Assembly: GCA_965285935.1 (NCBI GenBank)
Contig: CBDIWN010000008.1
Span: 248,001 to 312,000 of the forward strand
DNA from: Ophelia neglecta
Taxonomy: Eukaryota
DNA length: 64,000 nucleotides
Direction: 5' to 3'
Shown here: in pieces, positions 22,716 to 37,599 of the stretch
Numbering within the stretch: position 1 is the stretch's first letter
Layout: every line of letters begins with the position of its first letter
Made by a program: the position numbers and the translations under genes
The notes under the pieces: model-generated
The model's database searches: none
What the model was told of the DNA's origin: nothing
What the model saw: only the letters and a program-made list of their open reading frames with translations

Positions 22716-24854
22716 GCTGACATGCTTATTATATAATGGGCTCTGATGGATATCATTTTATCACCATCCATAGCCCCTGACGGATATTTAGGTCTAGTGT
22801 AGGCCCAATAAATAATGCAACTGATTCGATAAAAACATTTACACTGCGAAAAAAACTTCTTGCTTACTCAATTGTCCTTTTAATACGCACACCCTGTATC
22901 AAACGTATGTTTAGACACGAGGGCAGTATGTTTTATGTACAAAACCGTTAGCGTCAGGCAGGCCATTTTGCTACTTACGGTCAGAAAAAGTCAGGATGGT
23001 AGATTTTGCATTTTGCATCCGTTGTAGGTCAGTGGTTTTTGTAATGTCTTAACTTCGTAGGCTTAGGGATCGTTGACGTTCTTGCGTTGTTTTTGGGATG
23101 AGGGCTGAACCCCCCCCCCCAACCTTTCCCATGATCTGTTTAACATCCAGATGATAAATACCCAAAATATGTATGTCCACAAACTTTTAAAAAATCCTGA
23201 TTAATGTTTTTTTACTTTTATGTACATGGTTTTCGATGGCTTAACCCTATTCTCTCCAGATCCCTTGAAGTAAACAAGAATATGAAAGCGGCACTCGGGG
23301 TATCTTGACAGTGACTTTGAAAACCACAATACAATTCTGTGATAATAAGGTCTAGCTGCACCCATTAGAACTGTCCATCTGATTTTCTGATGTATTGTAC
23401 TCTTAATTTCAGGTGATTATGTTTAAGCTTGATCAAAAGCAACATCCATTGATGTGGTACACAATAAAAATCACGAATTCTGAAGTTTGTTGAATTTGGT
23501 TTTAAAGTCAACATGGTGTATAATACATTATAACACAATATAGGCAGTGAGGCAGAATGTCGTTCCGTTGCAGGCTATGATCATTTGCGGCTATGTAGAG
23601 ACTGCTAACAGTATTTTCAGACGCAATCTATGCATACAGTAAATGTGTTTATTATGCAAACAATCAGGGACGCACTCGACTGATTCCAGTGGCGGATTTA
23701 GAAGTTGTGGGAGTCCCTTCTTTACTTTCCCTCCAATATGTACCAAATAACTAGTAAATGGTATTAAATATCGTCAATAACTTATCTGGTGGAGGTCCGG
23801 CAATGTTCCCCACGGCATTTTACATTTTTAATACAAACGTTTCGAATACACCTCCCATGTGAGAGATGACACGCAGTCCATGCCTTTAAATGTATAGCAC
23901 TCTCCGGCCCTTAGCAGTTTTCTAGCAGTTGTAGCTACAGGCCCGAGATACCACCGAGGTTCCTAACGTACATAACTTCAGCTATGTGTTCAAGTTTAAT
24001 GGTTGTCTTTAGACTGGGCTTGTGGTGAACACTGGCAGAGGTAGTGTAGGTTGTGGCTAAGGATTAAACCCGGATAATTGTGAAGGGCAAGCAACGTTTT
24101 AAGGCATGCTTGAGTTCACGATTTTGGTTAATCTTTCAAGTTACAGCTTTAACACGATCGCCGATTTCTGTTACCAATTTTGTAGCATGCAATACAAATA
24201 ATTCAAACTGCTCCTGAAATATTGTAGGACTCTATTCAGATTGTTTATTACCGTTTCAGCAGGTTGAAACTAAATAATTTTGTCTGTATTCTGCTATAGA
24301 ATTACTCATTTGCACTTTTTGCATACCCAAGAACATATTAATGAACATTTATCTAAAGCTTTTTGGTGCATTTATTGAATGGAGCTCTATATACATGTTA
24401 TTTATAGAATATATCCAATAGCACATTTGCATAATTATAGTATATAAGAACATATGCCGAATTTCATGTCCAAGGTTAACTCAGTTAACTTTATAAATGT
24501 CCTATTTAGAATGCACATGTGGTGTCCAACGAAAATACTGATTAATGAAATAATTATTTCCCACAATTATGTCAGCCTAAACCACAATACAACATATGGA
24601 AAGTACATTCAGGCTGGAATATCAATCTTGCAGTCTGGATCGAGTATATATCATTGGATGAGACTAATATATGATTTCATGATATAGATGTTATATGCTA
24701 GTCCTGTTAGTTCAAGCAGACACCTTGTACGCAATGCAATAAAGGTAGCACTATATTGAGCATAACATACTACTAAGGGTTGAATTGACTGCTCAAACGT
24801 AGATAACATTATCGGGTTACAATCAAAATAATATCACATGTGTAAGTCGTTTGT

Positions 24855-27800
24855 TTATCTCTTGGCGCCCTCTTGCTGGTCTATTTCCTCATAATCATTA
24901 TTTGTATTTAGTTGTTCGTACATTGGATTTCCCTCCTCAGTCAGATTAGCTGTAAAACATAATAAAACATTCCTAAATCCACACTTCACACTTTCATAAA
25001 TCATGGACATGTACACGGAACAAATTTCCAAATGAAAAATTAATGACAATGCCCATATTGCAATATGAAGAACCGCCAGAATATATTTGTACTTTAGGGA
25101 TAACCAAGACACACGCTCAGCCCATATTTCAAATCGCCTATATGACGATACGAAAGAGTTGTTTAATGTGATAACAGGACATTTCTCGTCCACATGTAAT
25201 TCACAGGTTGTCAACACCATTATATTAAGGTATAAGGGTATTAACTAAGTCTTGTATTTCCTCAATATGTCACATGATAAGGACACCATGTGTGTTAAAT
25301 ATGTGCTTATTTGGTCTAACAACGATTAGCCGTAGATCGAAGAGGCAGAAAAACCAGATTATTAAACCAAAGCTAATATGTTTTTTTAGCTCTCACCATA
25401 GCCGGCATGTTCCGGGGACGGTTTCTCATATACGTTGTATTCGGATAATTCAACTTCCTGTGTGGCAGGAACCTGGTCTGGATTTTGTTGCGATAATTCG
25501 TTCGTAAAAAGTTTCACCTGTCGTACCCTGTATACAAGAAAACACATGATCTGAGAATGCATAAAGAGTATTAGAGCAAATATTTGCACCCAACACTACA
25601 GTCAGTCACTACATAGCTATCTATCATATCTAATATATCTACTAGACTGGACGTAGAGACATTTGGACTAATGTACACAAACGTTTCAAATATTGTTTTA
25701 AATAAAAAAAGGAATTTGCCAAATTGCCTTAAGGAAAATAACAAGAAACCTTCCATTTTAGACGTCACTTACTTGACTATAAGACAACCAATGACGGTGG
25801 CAACAGTGGCAACTATTGCAACAATTCCTATGACGATTCCTGTCAATGCGCCCGGTGACAGAGACATAGTTTGCCTTGGTTTAAGGAGATTAGCTACATT
25901 TGAAATTATATCACGTCAAATAATGATACATTTACATGGCTTCAAATCTCCCCGGACATGTATTGACACATATATCCCTGCTTATAATGTAATTTTCCTA
26001 TTGACCAAATACTAGCATACTGTATACATACTAGCGGCAAATGTGAATGCCCCTTAATATACCTACTGGTAAGCTGATATCAAATAGAAGCGCGGGGCTA
26101 GCCTGCTATAATATACCCTACATTGTACTCTACAAAGGGATTTGTGCACCATTAAAGATATTTTACTGTATGCCAATTATTGTCCGATGACATATTTTCA
26201 AAGCATTGATTTAACTATATTCAAGATCAAAAGAAATAATTTGATTCACATTAATGTCATAACTCTGTAGCTATATTTAAAGGAAAGAGAGTCGATTAAG
26301 TATCTAAAATTCAGACACCACTTATTATGATATCATTATCTAAAGACAATGTAACGTATAGTCTACATTGGCAATAAGAGTATCATGACGTTTCGGCGAC
26401 ATTGCTAGCAAAGATAGTTTAATTAGTTTAACAATGCAATTAAATTCAATAACCTTGATTTTGTGCAGCCAAAGTAGTAGCGAACTCAGTCGTGTTTTTG
26501 AGACAGTCTTCTTTTATTCCGTTCAATTGTCGATAAATCTTTAATATGATCCGGTATGTAGAATTGACGGCCAGATTTGTCAATGTTTTGTCATACTTCA
26601 TAGCAATATTATCTTCTTTGATTTCTATTGTAAGCGATTCAATTTCTGCCCCATTTGCCTCTGAAACGGTGATTTTGTAGCCAAATACAGCCGCTGTATT
26701 TAATGGAATAGCTTTCACGTGTGTCCATTCTATGGTTATCCTGTCAGCTTGAACATCGGTAATGCTGACCTTGTTTATGTCCGGATACTCAACATAGGCT
26801 GTTCAAATAAAAAAGCAAAAAGTAATATTTTTCATTAATACATAAACATTATTGTGATTACTTTTATTAGATAATATTGATCATAAGCAATAAAACTGAT
26901 TTTACATACCTATAGACTGATTACAATGATCTCCAGCGTACCATGTTTTGTACGGAGGCAGATGACAACCGTTACTACATGCTCCACTGTCTTGATGACA
27001 AGTCGTTATGTTATCAACAGCCTTACAGTTACTACTACATAGTTGGTCGCAGGTTTTACCGTAATAACCACTGTGACAGACGCACGCCCCGCTATACCTG
27101 TCACATCCGGGGTTACTATGCTCACCAGAACACTGATTATTACAGGTATTATTGCAGAATTCGCCATAAGAACCATCGTTACAGCCAAAATTACAAATTC
27201 CACTCCGCTGGCTGCAAGAACCAGAGCTAGTGACTACATGACAACCAGTGCTACAGTTTTTCTGACACTGGTCTCCAAAGTAAGGGTCCTGACAGCCACT
27301 CGTGCAACGCCCATCAGTGACAGAACATGACCGAGCATTAGACCCCTGACCAATAAGGCAATTCATACTACATTGGTAGTTACAGTTTATACCGAAATGG
27401 TTTTTGTCACATTCTGTAACGTAGATTATAATCAGTAAGTGAACATTTGTATTGGTTTACCTTGAAACTGGATGTTACTGCTAAGGCATTGTGTATTATA
27501 TAATCTGCAGTGAAAAGTGAAATGATTTGTTAAATGTTAAAACAGTAATGAGCTTACCTTGGCAGTCCGGGTACTTTGGGTAGTTCTCGGGGCATGTACT
27601 GCAGCCAATCATGGGATCGCATGACTGGCATCGGTTTCTATCACAAACTAGAATAACAGGTGAATAGTTAACAAAAATAATGGGCCTTATCTTTTAACAG
27701 AACTAAATCTCAATTAATCGCTTTCACTCTTAATTTTCTTCCCGTGCAAGCCTAAGATCCAAGTAATTACAGTGGGTTGACGTCAAGTTCAGGAGTGAGT

Positions 27801-30800
27801 CTGTATTTGTGAATCACCATCTATAATCTGACTATTGATTTATTAATTTAGAACATTACTTTCAATAGTGCCAACAAGGAGTGGGTGCGTTGGTAAATGT
27901 ATCTCTTATGCAGCAACTATCTATTCAAAATGGCCACAGTCCAATTCAGAAACATACATTCAAAGATGAAAATGCGTTCGGGTTTTAACATACCAACAGG
28001 TTTGTATCCGTGAACTATCACCTCACACAGGTTAAGGTACTGCACTTCATCCCCGCCTGCATTTCTGATAATGGTGACGTATCTGCCGATGACGGGCGAG
28101 TAACAATATATTGTGTCGCTTTCTGCTTCGGGAATAACTCCTGTATAATTCTTACAGAGACTTGTTAAATCACCGTCTGTCACGGAACCAACTCCAAGGC
28201 GAAAATAACCGGTACGTTCTGTGAAAAGGTATTCCTGGTATTGTATAAGGCCAAAGTGTGCATTATCACAAGTTTGTGTAGACATATATGTAAATAGCTC
28301 ATCATTGAATATTAAGCTGGAATTTCGTAAAACTAATTAGAGCTTCCGATCGAACAATTTTCTTAGCGATGTTTACACGAGTGGATGACGTTTTAATTAA
28401 TGATATTTCTAAATAGAATCAATTCCAATAAAATTAATTGAAAATTTAATTACATAAATTCCTGTTATTCCTGTTTATAAACAGGAAATACCTCTTTACC
28501 TTTCCACCACATATTCACAACGTATGTTAAGTGCGTTAAGCACCGTAGCAAACAATTTGAAAAAACAAAAGAATCGGCCTCGCGATGGTTTCCCCGCAAC
28601 TGTTTTTGTATTTTATTTGTATACCGTACTCAAGGCAAACTTTCATATGACTAGTTTGCACTTGCCTTCAATCTGTTCATTAAATGAAAGCTCGAACCCA
28701 AGTTACGTATATTATGTTATAATCCGAAAATATATTAGATATTTAAGTAACAATACTAGCACTGGTAGCCTATTGGTGAACAGCATACACATGAAGTACA
28801 ATTTGGAGTTTATTTTTTGTCCCATGTGAACAGCGTGGGATAAAAGAAAACAATCGCGCATTAGTAATGATGTGATTAATGCTATCATCATGCGTAGATG
28901 TTTCGGTAGATGTTTCATATTTGTCTCTAGATCTACCAGTAATTTTTCATTTTCTTACTGTAAGATGGAGAATGGTCTCTGTTTAAGATGGTGACACTAA
29001 CAACTGTGTAGATATCCTTTAGATCGACGTACCACCAGGCTCTCTTCCCATCTCCAGCATCGGGATGTGCACAATTCGCTATCCATGTAGAATTTTTGCC
29101 ATCGACAGCCAGATCCGCGGTTAAATCACCATATTTTCCGCTTTGATTTGCCGGTCTTCCCTTCGCTATATTACCTGTTAATACAAAATACTGATAAAAC
29201 AGGCTGGTCAGGGATCCTTTAATACTATGCTATCGTAAATGATGAAATCACGTTTTTAGTATAAACTTTATCTTTACTCTGGAACACTTATGAGAATAGT
29301 AACTACTTGATGTCTCAATGTTTCACATAAAGACTGCAACAGTTCATTACATGAATGAGTGGACAAATATATCACTGGAATTGAGAAACACCAAAGGATT
29401 ATGAAAGAACTTGACGGCTTAAACTTAAACACTAAATAAGGATTTAATCCAAGTGAATGTTTTTTAGATGTCGGGTATCATCATTCCGGCATTATATTAA
29501 AAGAACAACCTCAGAGGCTCTTGCAGCCTCTATGATTCCGGGCCCACTAATATAAACAGACATGATCTGTCGATGCTTATTACACAAACCTTTCTATTGT
29601 AGGGCATAAATATGTATTCGCATTTTACGCCGGTGTGACCGGGGAGGAAGTTGAGGCATTATTTGATAGGCTAGAGTTAGGAATAGTGCAGGATGTATGC
29701 AAACATTGTTTCGGACATGTCGATCCCCCCCCCCCCCCAGCCCCACCCCCATCCCTGCCCGTGCCCCACCCCAAACCCCTTTCCCCACGCCCATAATAAT
29801 AATTTAACTTGTCATTAGAAATTTACTTTATATTATTAAAATGAGGACTATGGAGTTTTTGTTTTGGCCCACATAAATAAAATCCTGAACCTTAGCTTGT
29901 CACAGCGATAGTATACCTCAGGGGATTGTTTCTTTGTAAATGTTGTGCGAAATGACGTAATAGTTACAAAAAAATTGATTAGTACTCAGTATAACACTTT
30001 TAAAGATACTCTATGTTGACAGTTTTAAATGCTTCCAAATGAATATTAACAGAAAGTTTTACCGAGGTTACACCCAGGCCCGTCTCTCCGTATGATGGAA
30101 GGGTCATCCCATTCACATTCACCTCCATCGATACAATCTCCTGTCATCTGATCACAACCCTTGGTACAGTGACAGGGAAATACACAGCCAGTAGTATTCC
30201 CAAACCTACACAGACCTGAGGGAAAAAGTCGAGGGCAACATTTATTTGTTGGAATATTAGACGAAACTTTCGCACTTTTTCGCGTATCCGGTAATTATTT
30301 AACACCGATATAAACGTTATTTGATTACCCTGAGTGGAAGGTCCGCCCGGTTTACTTAACCTATCCGAAATCTGTGAGTCCCACAATCTTGAAACACAAG
30401 GATTTTAAGTCCAGCGTTCTAAAAATTCTAGTATGTTTGGAATCAGTTCACGAAATCCTGGTTTATTACGTCCGGGGACACCAAGACATAAAACCCTATG
30501 GTATTAAACGTGACTGATTAAATACACCAGTATCTCGTCATTCTGACTATGCACGCATGCTCAAGATAATTACAGAGGCTTTTAATGAATTTTATATAAA
30601 TGTAGGGCCCTCCTTGGCAAGCAAGATTCCCAGAAATGATAGGAACCCTCTTTCCTATATCAACTCTTCCATAACTGAATCCATTTGTTTAGAAAAGGTT
30701 ACCCCTGAAGAAATTACTAAAATTAGTATGTCTTTCAAACATAAAAGTCCTGGTTGGGATAATATACATGCTAAGGTAGTAAAGAATTCGTATTTGCATT

Positions 30801-33800
30801 TTCTCCCTGTGCTTACTCACATTTGCAATTTATCTCTATCTAAGGGCAATTTCCCTGATGAAATGAAAAAAGCCAAAGTTATACCACTATACAAAGGTGA
30901 TAGTTCAACAAAAATTTCCAATTATAGACCTGTATCTGTACTGCCTCTGTTTTCAAAAATTCTTGAACGTTTAATGTATAATAGAATCATATCCTTTATA
31001 AACAAACATGATATCTTGTATAAATATCAGTTTGGGTTTAGGGAAAAGCATGGCACAAATCTTTCTCTTATGTTGCTTGTAGATAAATTAATTAATGCTT
31101 TGGATAATGGGGACAAAGCAATTGGAGTTTCTTGGATTTTTCGTAGGCATTCGATACAGTGAATCATGCAATACTATTGAGCAAATTATTTAAATATGGA
31201 ATACGTGGTATATCCTATGAATGGATTCAAAGTTATTTGTCCAAACGTACCCAGTTTCTATCATATGATAATGAGAATTCTAGGGTCCAATTTATTACTT
31301 GTGGTATCCCTCAGGGGTCAATTCTAGGATCACTTTTATTTATATTATATGTAAACGACATCTCAAGTGTATCAGAAATTATATTTCCTGTGTTATTCGC
31401 AGATGAAACAAATGTCTTTATTACTGGCAAGAGTATCAACAAAATGGTTGAGAGTATGAACACTGAATTGAAGAAAATTGTAATTTGGTTAGAAGTTAAT
31501 AAGCTATCCCTCAATATTAAAAAAACTCATTAGATGGTGTTCAGTTATAAACGGTTGAGTATGCCAGACAATTGTAATTAATTTATAGGTGGTGAAACTG
31601 TTCAAAAAGTGAATTCGACAAAGTTCCTGTTTTTTTTTATAGATTCGACCTTGTCTTGGTCTGACCATGTTAATATGATCAAAAAGAAAATAAGTAAAGG
31701 CCTAGGGATAATTTGTAGGGCAAAGAAATTGCTTCACAAATCAACTCTTAAAACTTTGTATAATACATTTATACTTCCATATTTTATGTATTGTATTGAG
31801 GTGTGGGAGGGAGCTACTCAGGAAATCTTGAATCCTCTTGTCAAGCTGCAAAAGAAAATCTTAAGAGTGGTATCTTACTCATCATACAGGGCAAGTACTG
31901 GCCCTATATTCCAGGAATTAAAACTTTTGAACTTGTTCAGTATATACAAGTACAAAATATTATTGTTCATGTATAAAGTTCACAATAATCTATTGCCAGT
32001 GATCTTTAAGGATCTATTCTGTAAAAATAGTGACTTTCATGCATATGAGACCCGTCGTTCTAACCTGTTGCGTGTGCCTAAATATAATTTAGCAGCTTCC
32101 CAGAAGGGTGTATGCTATCAGGGTGTTGTTATCTGGAACATAATATCAGCCTCTTTAGTGCCTGACATAAAAATTTCATCATTTAAACAGAATGTAAAGG
32201 CCTTTCTTCTTGTACATGGTGATTTGTGACATAATACTACTTTTTTACTGTCCTTACTTTGTCATACCAGTTCTTTGGTGTATGCATAAGATATTACATA
32301 TAGTGTTTTTTTTTCTTTTTTTTGGGGGGGGGGGGTGGAGGGATATTTCCTTTATTATGTTATATTAATGTTGTTGTTTATTCCTAGTTAAATTTCGTCT
32401 TTTTTTTCTCTGCACATTGTATGGTGAAACATTAATAATTTAGTAGTTATATCTGATGTGGGGGTACATACACCAGTGTGGTGTCCTTCTCCCTTTGTCA
32501 TGAAATGTCATTAGGCTACTGGTATATGATTGTATATCATTTGTACATGTCATAGTTGTTTCTTTTCATAGCAATAAATTCAATTCAATTGAAAAACAGA
32601 AATATACCACTGGCTCTCTGATATGTGCACGCCAGACATGCAAAACAGCTACCTCGCCTTCGCTTCTTATGACTGAAGGCTGTTAAAGCCTTCATCATTA
32701 CTAATAAATTAGTTAATTTAGTTATTACATTTTGTTAGCACTACTATGACGTATGCGTTTTAGATATGAAATAATTTGTATTTCTCCGCATTGGTCAAAA
32801 CATAATTCTATTTGGAATTATCAGGCGTTATCTCTCTTATACTCTTAAATCTCCTTGTTCATAGAAGTTTGTTTACAAACACATATTATTCTGGAGATAT
32901 AACCATATATCGGCTTTTACTGTCAAAAATTCTGTTTCAAGATGGCTAAATCGTGTTATATTTAAAGGAGTTAAAAGTTTTTATATCCATTTGCTGCTGA
33001 TTTATCAATGGAAAAGAAGTTAAAACCCAATAATTAAAAGCAGTTCCTTCATATGTGCCATTTTATCCGCAATATAATAGAATCCTCTGAGCTAAAATGT
33101 TATGAAATGCGGTACTTGCCTACTTCAAATACAAAGCGAGGTTCCTTAGCCATGCAGTTCAAACATATAAAGCGATTTATACCAGGTGTATTCAGGCCCC
33201 GTGTGTGTATAGCCTACAGACATGCAAACAATCCGGGACTAACGAATGCTCCTATGGACGCGCTTGGGTAAGTGCGGGATCTAGAGATTACCAGGGGTCT
33301 CTGGCGGGTCTAGATGCAGTCAGACCCCTTGAGGTTTTCAGAGCCCCTTGGCGGATCTAGAGGTAGTAGGTGCCATTTGGCGGATTGATAGGTCATTGGA
33401 GTTCCCCGGCGGATCTAGAGACTGTCAGAGTCACTGGCGGAAGCATGGGTCTTCCGACACCAAGATGATGAAGTTCTGACAGAGACATTTCATAGATCCC
33501 GATAGCGTTATTAGCTTTTAAATAAATACAAACGCTTCTTTTTGGGACTTGATACTAATACAAGTCTTTCCTGAATTGTGCCCGCACCTCCCACAACCAC
33601 TCCAAACCCCCGCGCCGTTTTCAACTAGTGGGAAGCATCCGGCCCTGGATTCGAATCAGGTCTACGACGCACTGGTTTACATGCAATATTAATATTAATG
33701 TATGACTTTAGATTCCAAGGGCGGTGATAGGAAAATTTAATGTGTAATTCATTGGAACGGACACCTTAATATGTTATTAGTGGTGTTGCTAATTCATTAA

Positions 33801-34179
33801 TGCCCTGATAATAATGTTTGACAAGCAATGTGCCGACGTGTACAGGTCGTCTTTGTCTTGTGTCACGATTTTGGTGGTAACTTGTGAACATATAAAGTTG
33901 ACACCACGACGGCAACTGATTTTAAAAGCATTCGTGACCAAAAAAGTCACAAGTGTGCTTCAGATGTTTTCTTTCCATAATAATCACTTTTTAACTTTAC
34001 GGGTTAACAATAAGTTAAACAACTAGGAATACTCAATACTGCCGCGGCCAACAATCCGGCGATCGAGTAATACCAATAAGTTCATAAAAAGAACATATCT
34101 ACTAACCTGTCTGAGCAGTAACTCTTGTAAGGAAAACACTTGAACTGACCAGCAAACAAATGTAAATGTTAGGAGACAT
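24855..34179 (-). CDS. F-type lectin/EGF/FN3 single-pass receptor with short tyrosine-motif (ITAM/NPxY) tail (copy 2; 10 exons, ~650 aa, intact)
   Basis: Exons: 34179-34107 (signal peptide), 30215-30063, 29174-28959, 28218-27994, 27647-27558, 27413-26910, 26798-26454, 25893-25773 (TM GALTGIVIGIVAIVATVATVIGCLIV), 25527-25397, 24949-24855 (stop). All GT-AG with consistent phases, 1953 nt open. Tail: ...EYNVYEKPSPEHAGYANLTEEGNPMYEQLNTNNDYEEIDQQEGAKR. Confidence 0.88.
30559..32591 (+). mobile_element. 5'-truncated CR1/L2-group LINE in intron 1 of copy 2
   Basis: RT motifs YRPVSVLPLFSKILE, QFGFR, AFD, GIPQGSILG, LFADET and WLEVNKLSLN, spread over three broken ORFs (30557-32229). 3' end is AATAAA followed by TTCAA repeats. 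The empty site in copy 1 (~17417-17435, gcacgcat|aaaaacagaaat) shows no TSD. Confidence 0.88.
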
Positions 34180-37100
34180 TATCAAAGTGCACGTACACAC
34201 ACCTCCGTAAGTGTGTTTATTGTAAACACTATGCCAGATAGAAGTGACTTACAGGTATGCCTACATTAAATACGAATATTAATAATGATATTTACTTCCT
34301 GCTTTCCGAGCGATCGCCTGAAAGTAAATACACCAGTCTACACCCCGTTAAACAAACATACTCAATGGCCGAAGGATTACGTGTTTTTAATACATAATTG
34401 ATAATGTTGTATGATCGTAAAAATATTATATATTGAAATGGAAGTCCCGTGGGTTGTATTTCGAACGCTTTATTACAATATTAATTCAATCGGATGATAT
34501 TTACCGATGGCAGTGACGATTCCATATTCATTAGTTGAATATAAGGATATAATCTGTAAGCAATGAAAATACACATCATGTAAAATACAAATAAGGGGAC
34601 TCAAAGTCGGGGCGAACTTTAAGCAAATCAAATCAAAGATATACGACGGGAATATAACGATGATTAAGTCTACAGACATATATAAAACCATGAACCGCCG
34701 GAGCAGGGACACGCACTGCTAGCCGAAGTTAGCAACATTACTACCCCATTTTTATAAGTACTGGTATTTTAATACGGCCGTTACCTACATTTATGTCGAC
34801 TATAAATACACAGACAAACAAATAGAGCAAGTGTGTGTGTCGATAAATCATAACATAAATGCAAATTATAATATGAATGGAGATGGCGGTCGATAAAGTC
34901 TATAGGCACATAGAGTCATAGGCGGTCTATACATACAGTGACGGATCGAGGATTTCAGGAAGGCGGGGGGGGGGGGGGGATGCTGACAAGGCAAATGTCT
35001 GGATTGTCCCCGTTACCAACCCTCTGAAAGCACCTTGCGTGGGTCCAGAAATAAGCCCTGGTAAAGGCCCACTTTTTGGCCCCCTGGTTGGGCCCCCTGC
35101 CCCCCCTTAATCCGCGACTTTTGCTACTGTGCAAAAATGTATTTCCCGGGGCGGCCTTCTCCCCCCGTCTTAGCTGATCCGGCTTCACCAGCGGGTTTTT
35201 TCCGATAGTCCAATGTTACTTTTTGAGAACAACTAAATCGGATATATAGCCATGAAGTTTCTAAATCCCAATTCTAGATTAAAGGGCTATTATTCATTTA
35301 GTATTGATGAATGCGTAAGACATAGCCAAATGAGGCAAAGTCAATGATTGTAAACACTTAAATAATGTCTTCATTGTTATATGAATAAACGCACCCCAAT
35401 GTTTCATTTTACCATCACGGCAAAGTTTTGGTATTATTCTCTTGGATTTGAACCATTTCTCAAGAGTGTGCCCGTTTAAAGCGTTTAAAGCATTCCTATC
35501 AGCTAAATATCTAGAGCGAGGCCTGTGATTTCTCAATAAGTTTGTCATAATAATTAATGCTATTCAATATATAATATCGCAAAAGTGCAGTGTTACAAAA
35601 ATAATCCAAAGGAGCATTTATAATTCGTGCCAGGGGTAGCGGCAATTCGAGTAGGGGGGGGGGGGGAGGGGCTCTATTTCTATCTATATAGTTGGGGAAA
35701 CCTTATTTTTCGTGTAAACCCAGTTAGAATCAGATGGGGGTGGGGCCTTATGCTAATTGGATGGGGGGTGGGGCCTTATCCTGATTACGCATCGACATTC
35801 CGATGCTCTACGCCAATATAATATTAACTCAAAATGAACCGAATATTTCCTAAAATTCTAAATAGGGTGCTGCTATTACATGCGGGGCGGACTACTTGTA
35901 CTCCAAACTCTCGGAATCACCCTTTTTAATTGACCGTGGTTCGTAGATTCTGGAACAACGATGGTGCCAGGGGAATTCAAGCTTTTATTTTTCGTGAATC
36001 GGCTTTTGACATTTTCCCATTATTCAAGATGGAGGGATTTCGTTTACTGTGACTTGGGAATGTGCCGTTTAATTTGCCGGGAATATAAAATCCCTATTTC
36101 CATATATATATTTCGGGATTCGGGAAATACTTATTTTTCAAACCGGGAACAGGGAACGGGGATCTCATAGCTTCCCCTCTTGCACCAATAAATGGTGATA
36201 TTGATGGTAATAGCAATATTTCATTGAGATTTTCTTGCATATAGAACAATTTAACATTGTATTTAGGCCTACAATTAAATCATTCAAATTTAAAAGCGTG
36301 GGGGGGGGTAGTTGTGTCTTTATGTTTATTCGGGGGGGGGGGGGGGGGCGGTGAACTTTGTTCTTTGTTCCATTGGAAGTTATAAAACGACGCTAGCATG
36401 AGAGCCACGCTATAGATATATAGATAATGAACACTTTACATGTTTACAAATTAAAAGTAAAGGTCATGAGGTCAGAAATTTAATAGATGCTAGAATTGAA
36501 CATTGATGGAAACCGTTGTAAAATGAGGCATTGTGTATACAATATAATTAAATATTTATCTTAATCACTCAACAAAATAGTAGAGCTTATATAATGTGTG
36601 TGCTACCATAGCTAATATATATATATTGCTGGTTTCATCTTATAATGGTTGGAACAGATGTACAAGATTAACTTTATTTCATACACATGTATAATAGACT
36701 AAACTGGGACCAAACCATTTTGGCACTGTATATTATGTATATAAGTGACCATTTGGACATGCCCATTCATAGCCTTTATATACAAATTTTGTAAACTTTA
36801 CAGGCAGCCGGGCATTGGATATTTTAAGTTAAACTAGGTGAAACAGATGCACGACAAGAAGAATTAATAGACATTGAACTCATTCCAACCAAATAGGCAC
36901 CATCTTGTTGTTTTGCATCGGCTAAAACATCAATTATAATGGTTGTAGTATTTTAAATCTTATAGTTTTCTGCATGGAAGATATACATTATGCGAGGAAG
37001 GCATCACATTAGTGCCACTCAGGGATTTTCCATTAAAAATCTGGGGTAGAGGGTGGTATGGAAATATTCAGAATTCAGGGATAAGGGGGTTAATATTTTA

Positions 37101-37599
37101 CATTGGTAATATTGGTATAATCAACCTCTTATTGTATATTACATGTAGAGACTATTCTCCATGCTGTTCTACTCTGCCTTATTACCTGCTTCTTTGTGGT
37201 GGCACTTCTATATATAATCGTACTGAAAGTGATGCTCTAAATGATCTTTTACAGTGACAGTGAAAAAAAGGACCCTTTGGTAGGGAAACTGATTAAATTA
37301 GAGCAACATGACGAATACTAAGCTACAGAAATCATTTATTTATTCTGGCATATTAATAATTTGGGTGAAATTTTCCAAAATATCTCGACGTTGGTGTTTT
37401 TCAAGCTAACTTTGGAGTAGGAAATTAGAATATCTTATGTATAGTTGCGTTCTAACGGTTCGCCCTGGCTCTTTAAGCAATTGGGTAAATACTTGGTGGT
37501 TTGGCCAGTTATTTACCCGAAACCCACAATTTGACTGGTAACGTGATGTCTCATCCTATAATTTTGAATTTTTTTACTACGAATTTGTTTGAAGGTCGG

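Larger units (their letters stand above)
22972..36290. repeat. Segmental duplication unit carrying copy 2
   Basis: Colinear with ~52162-63780 (copy 3 unit) along most of its length, apart from copy-specific insertions. The 26454-35100 part is colinear with 9484-19960 (copy 1 ectodomain and upstream region). Confidence 0.85.
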
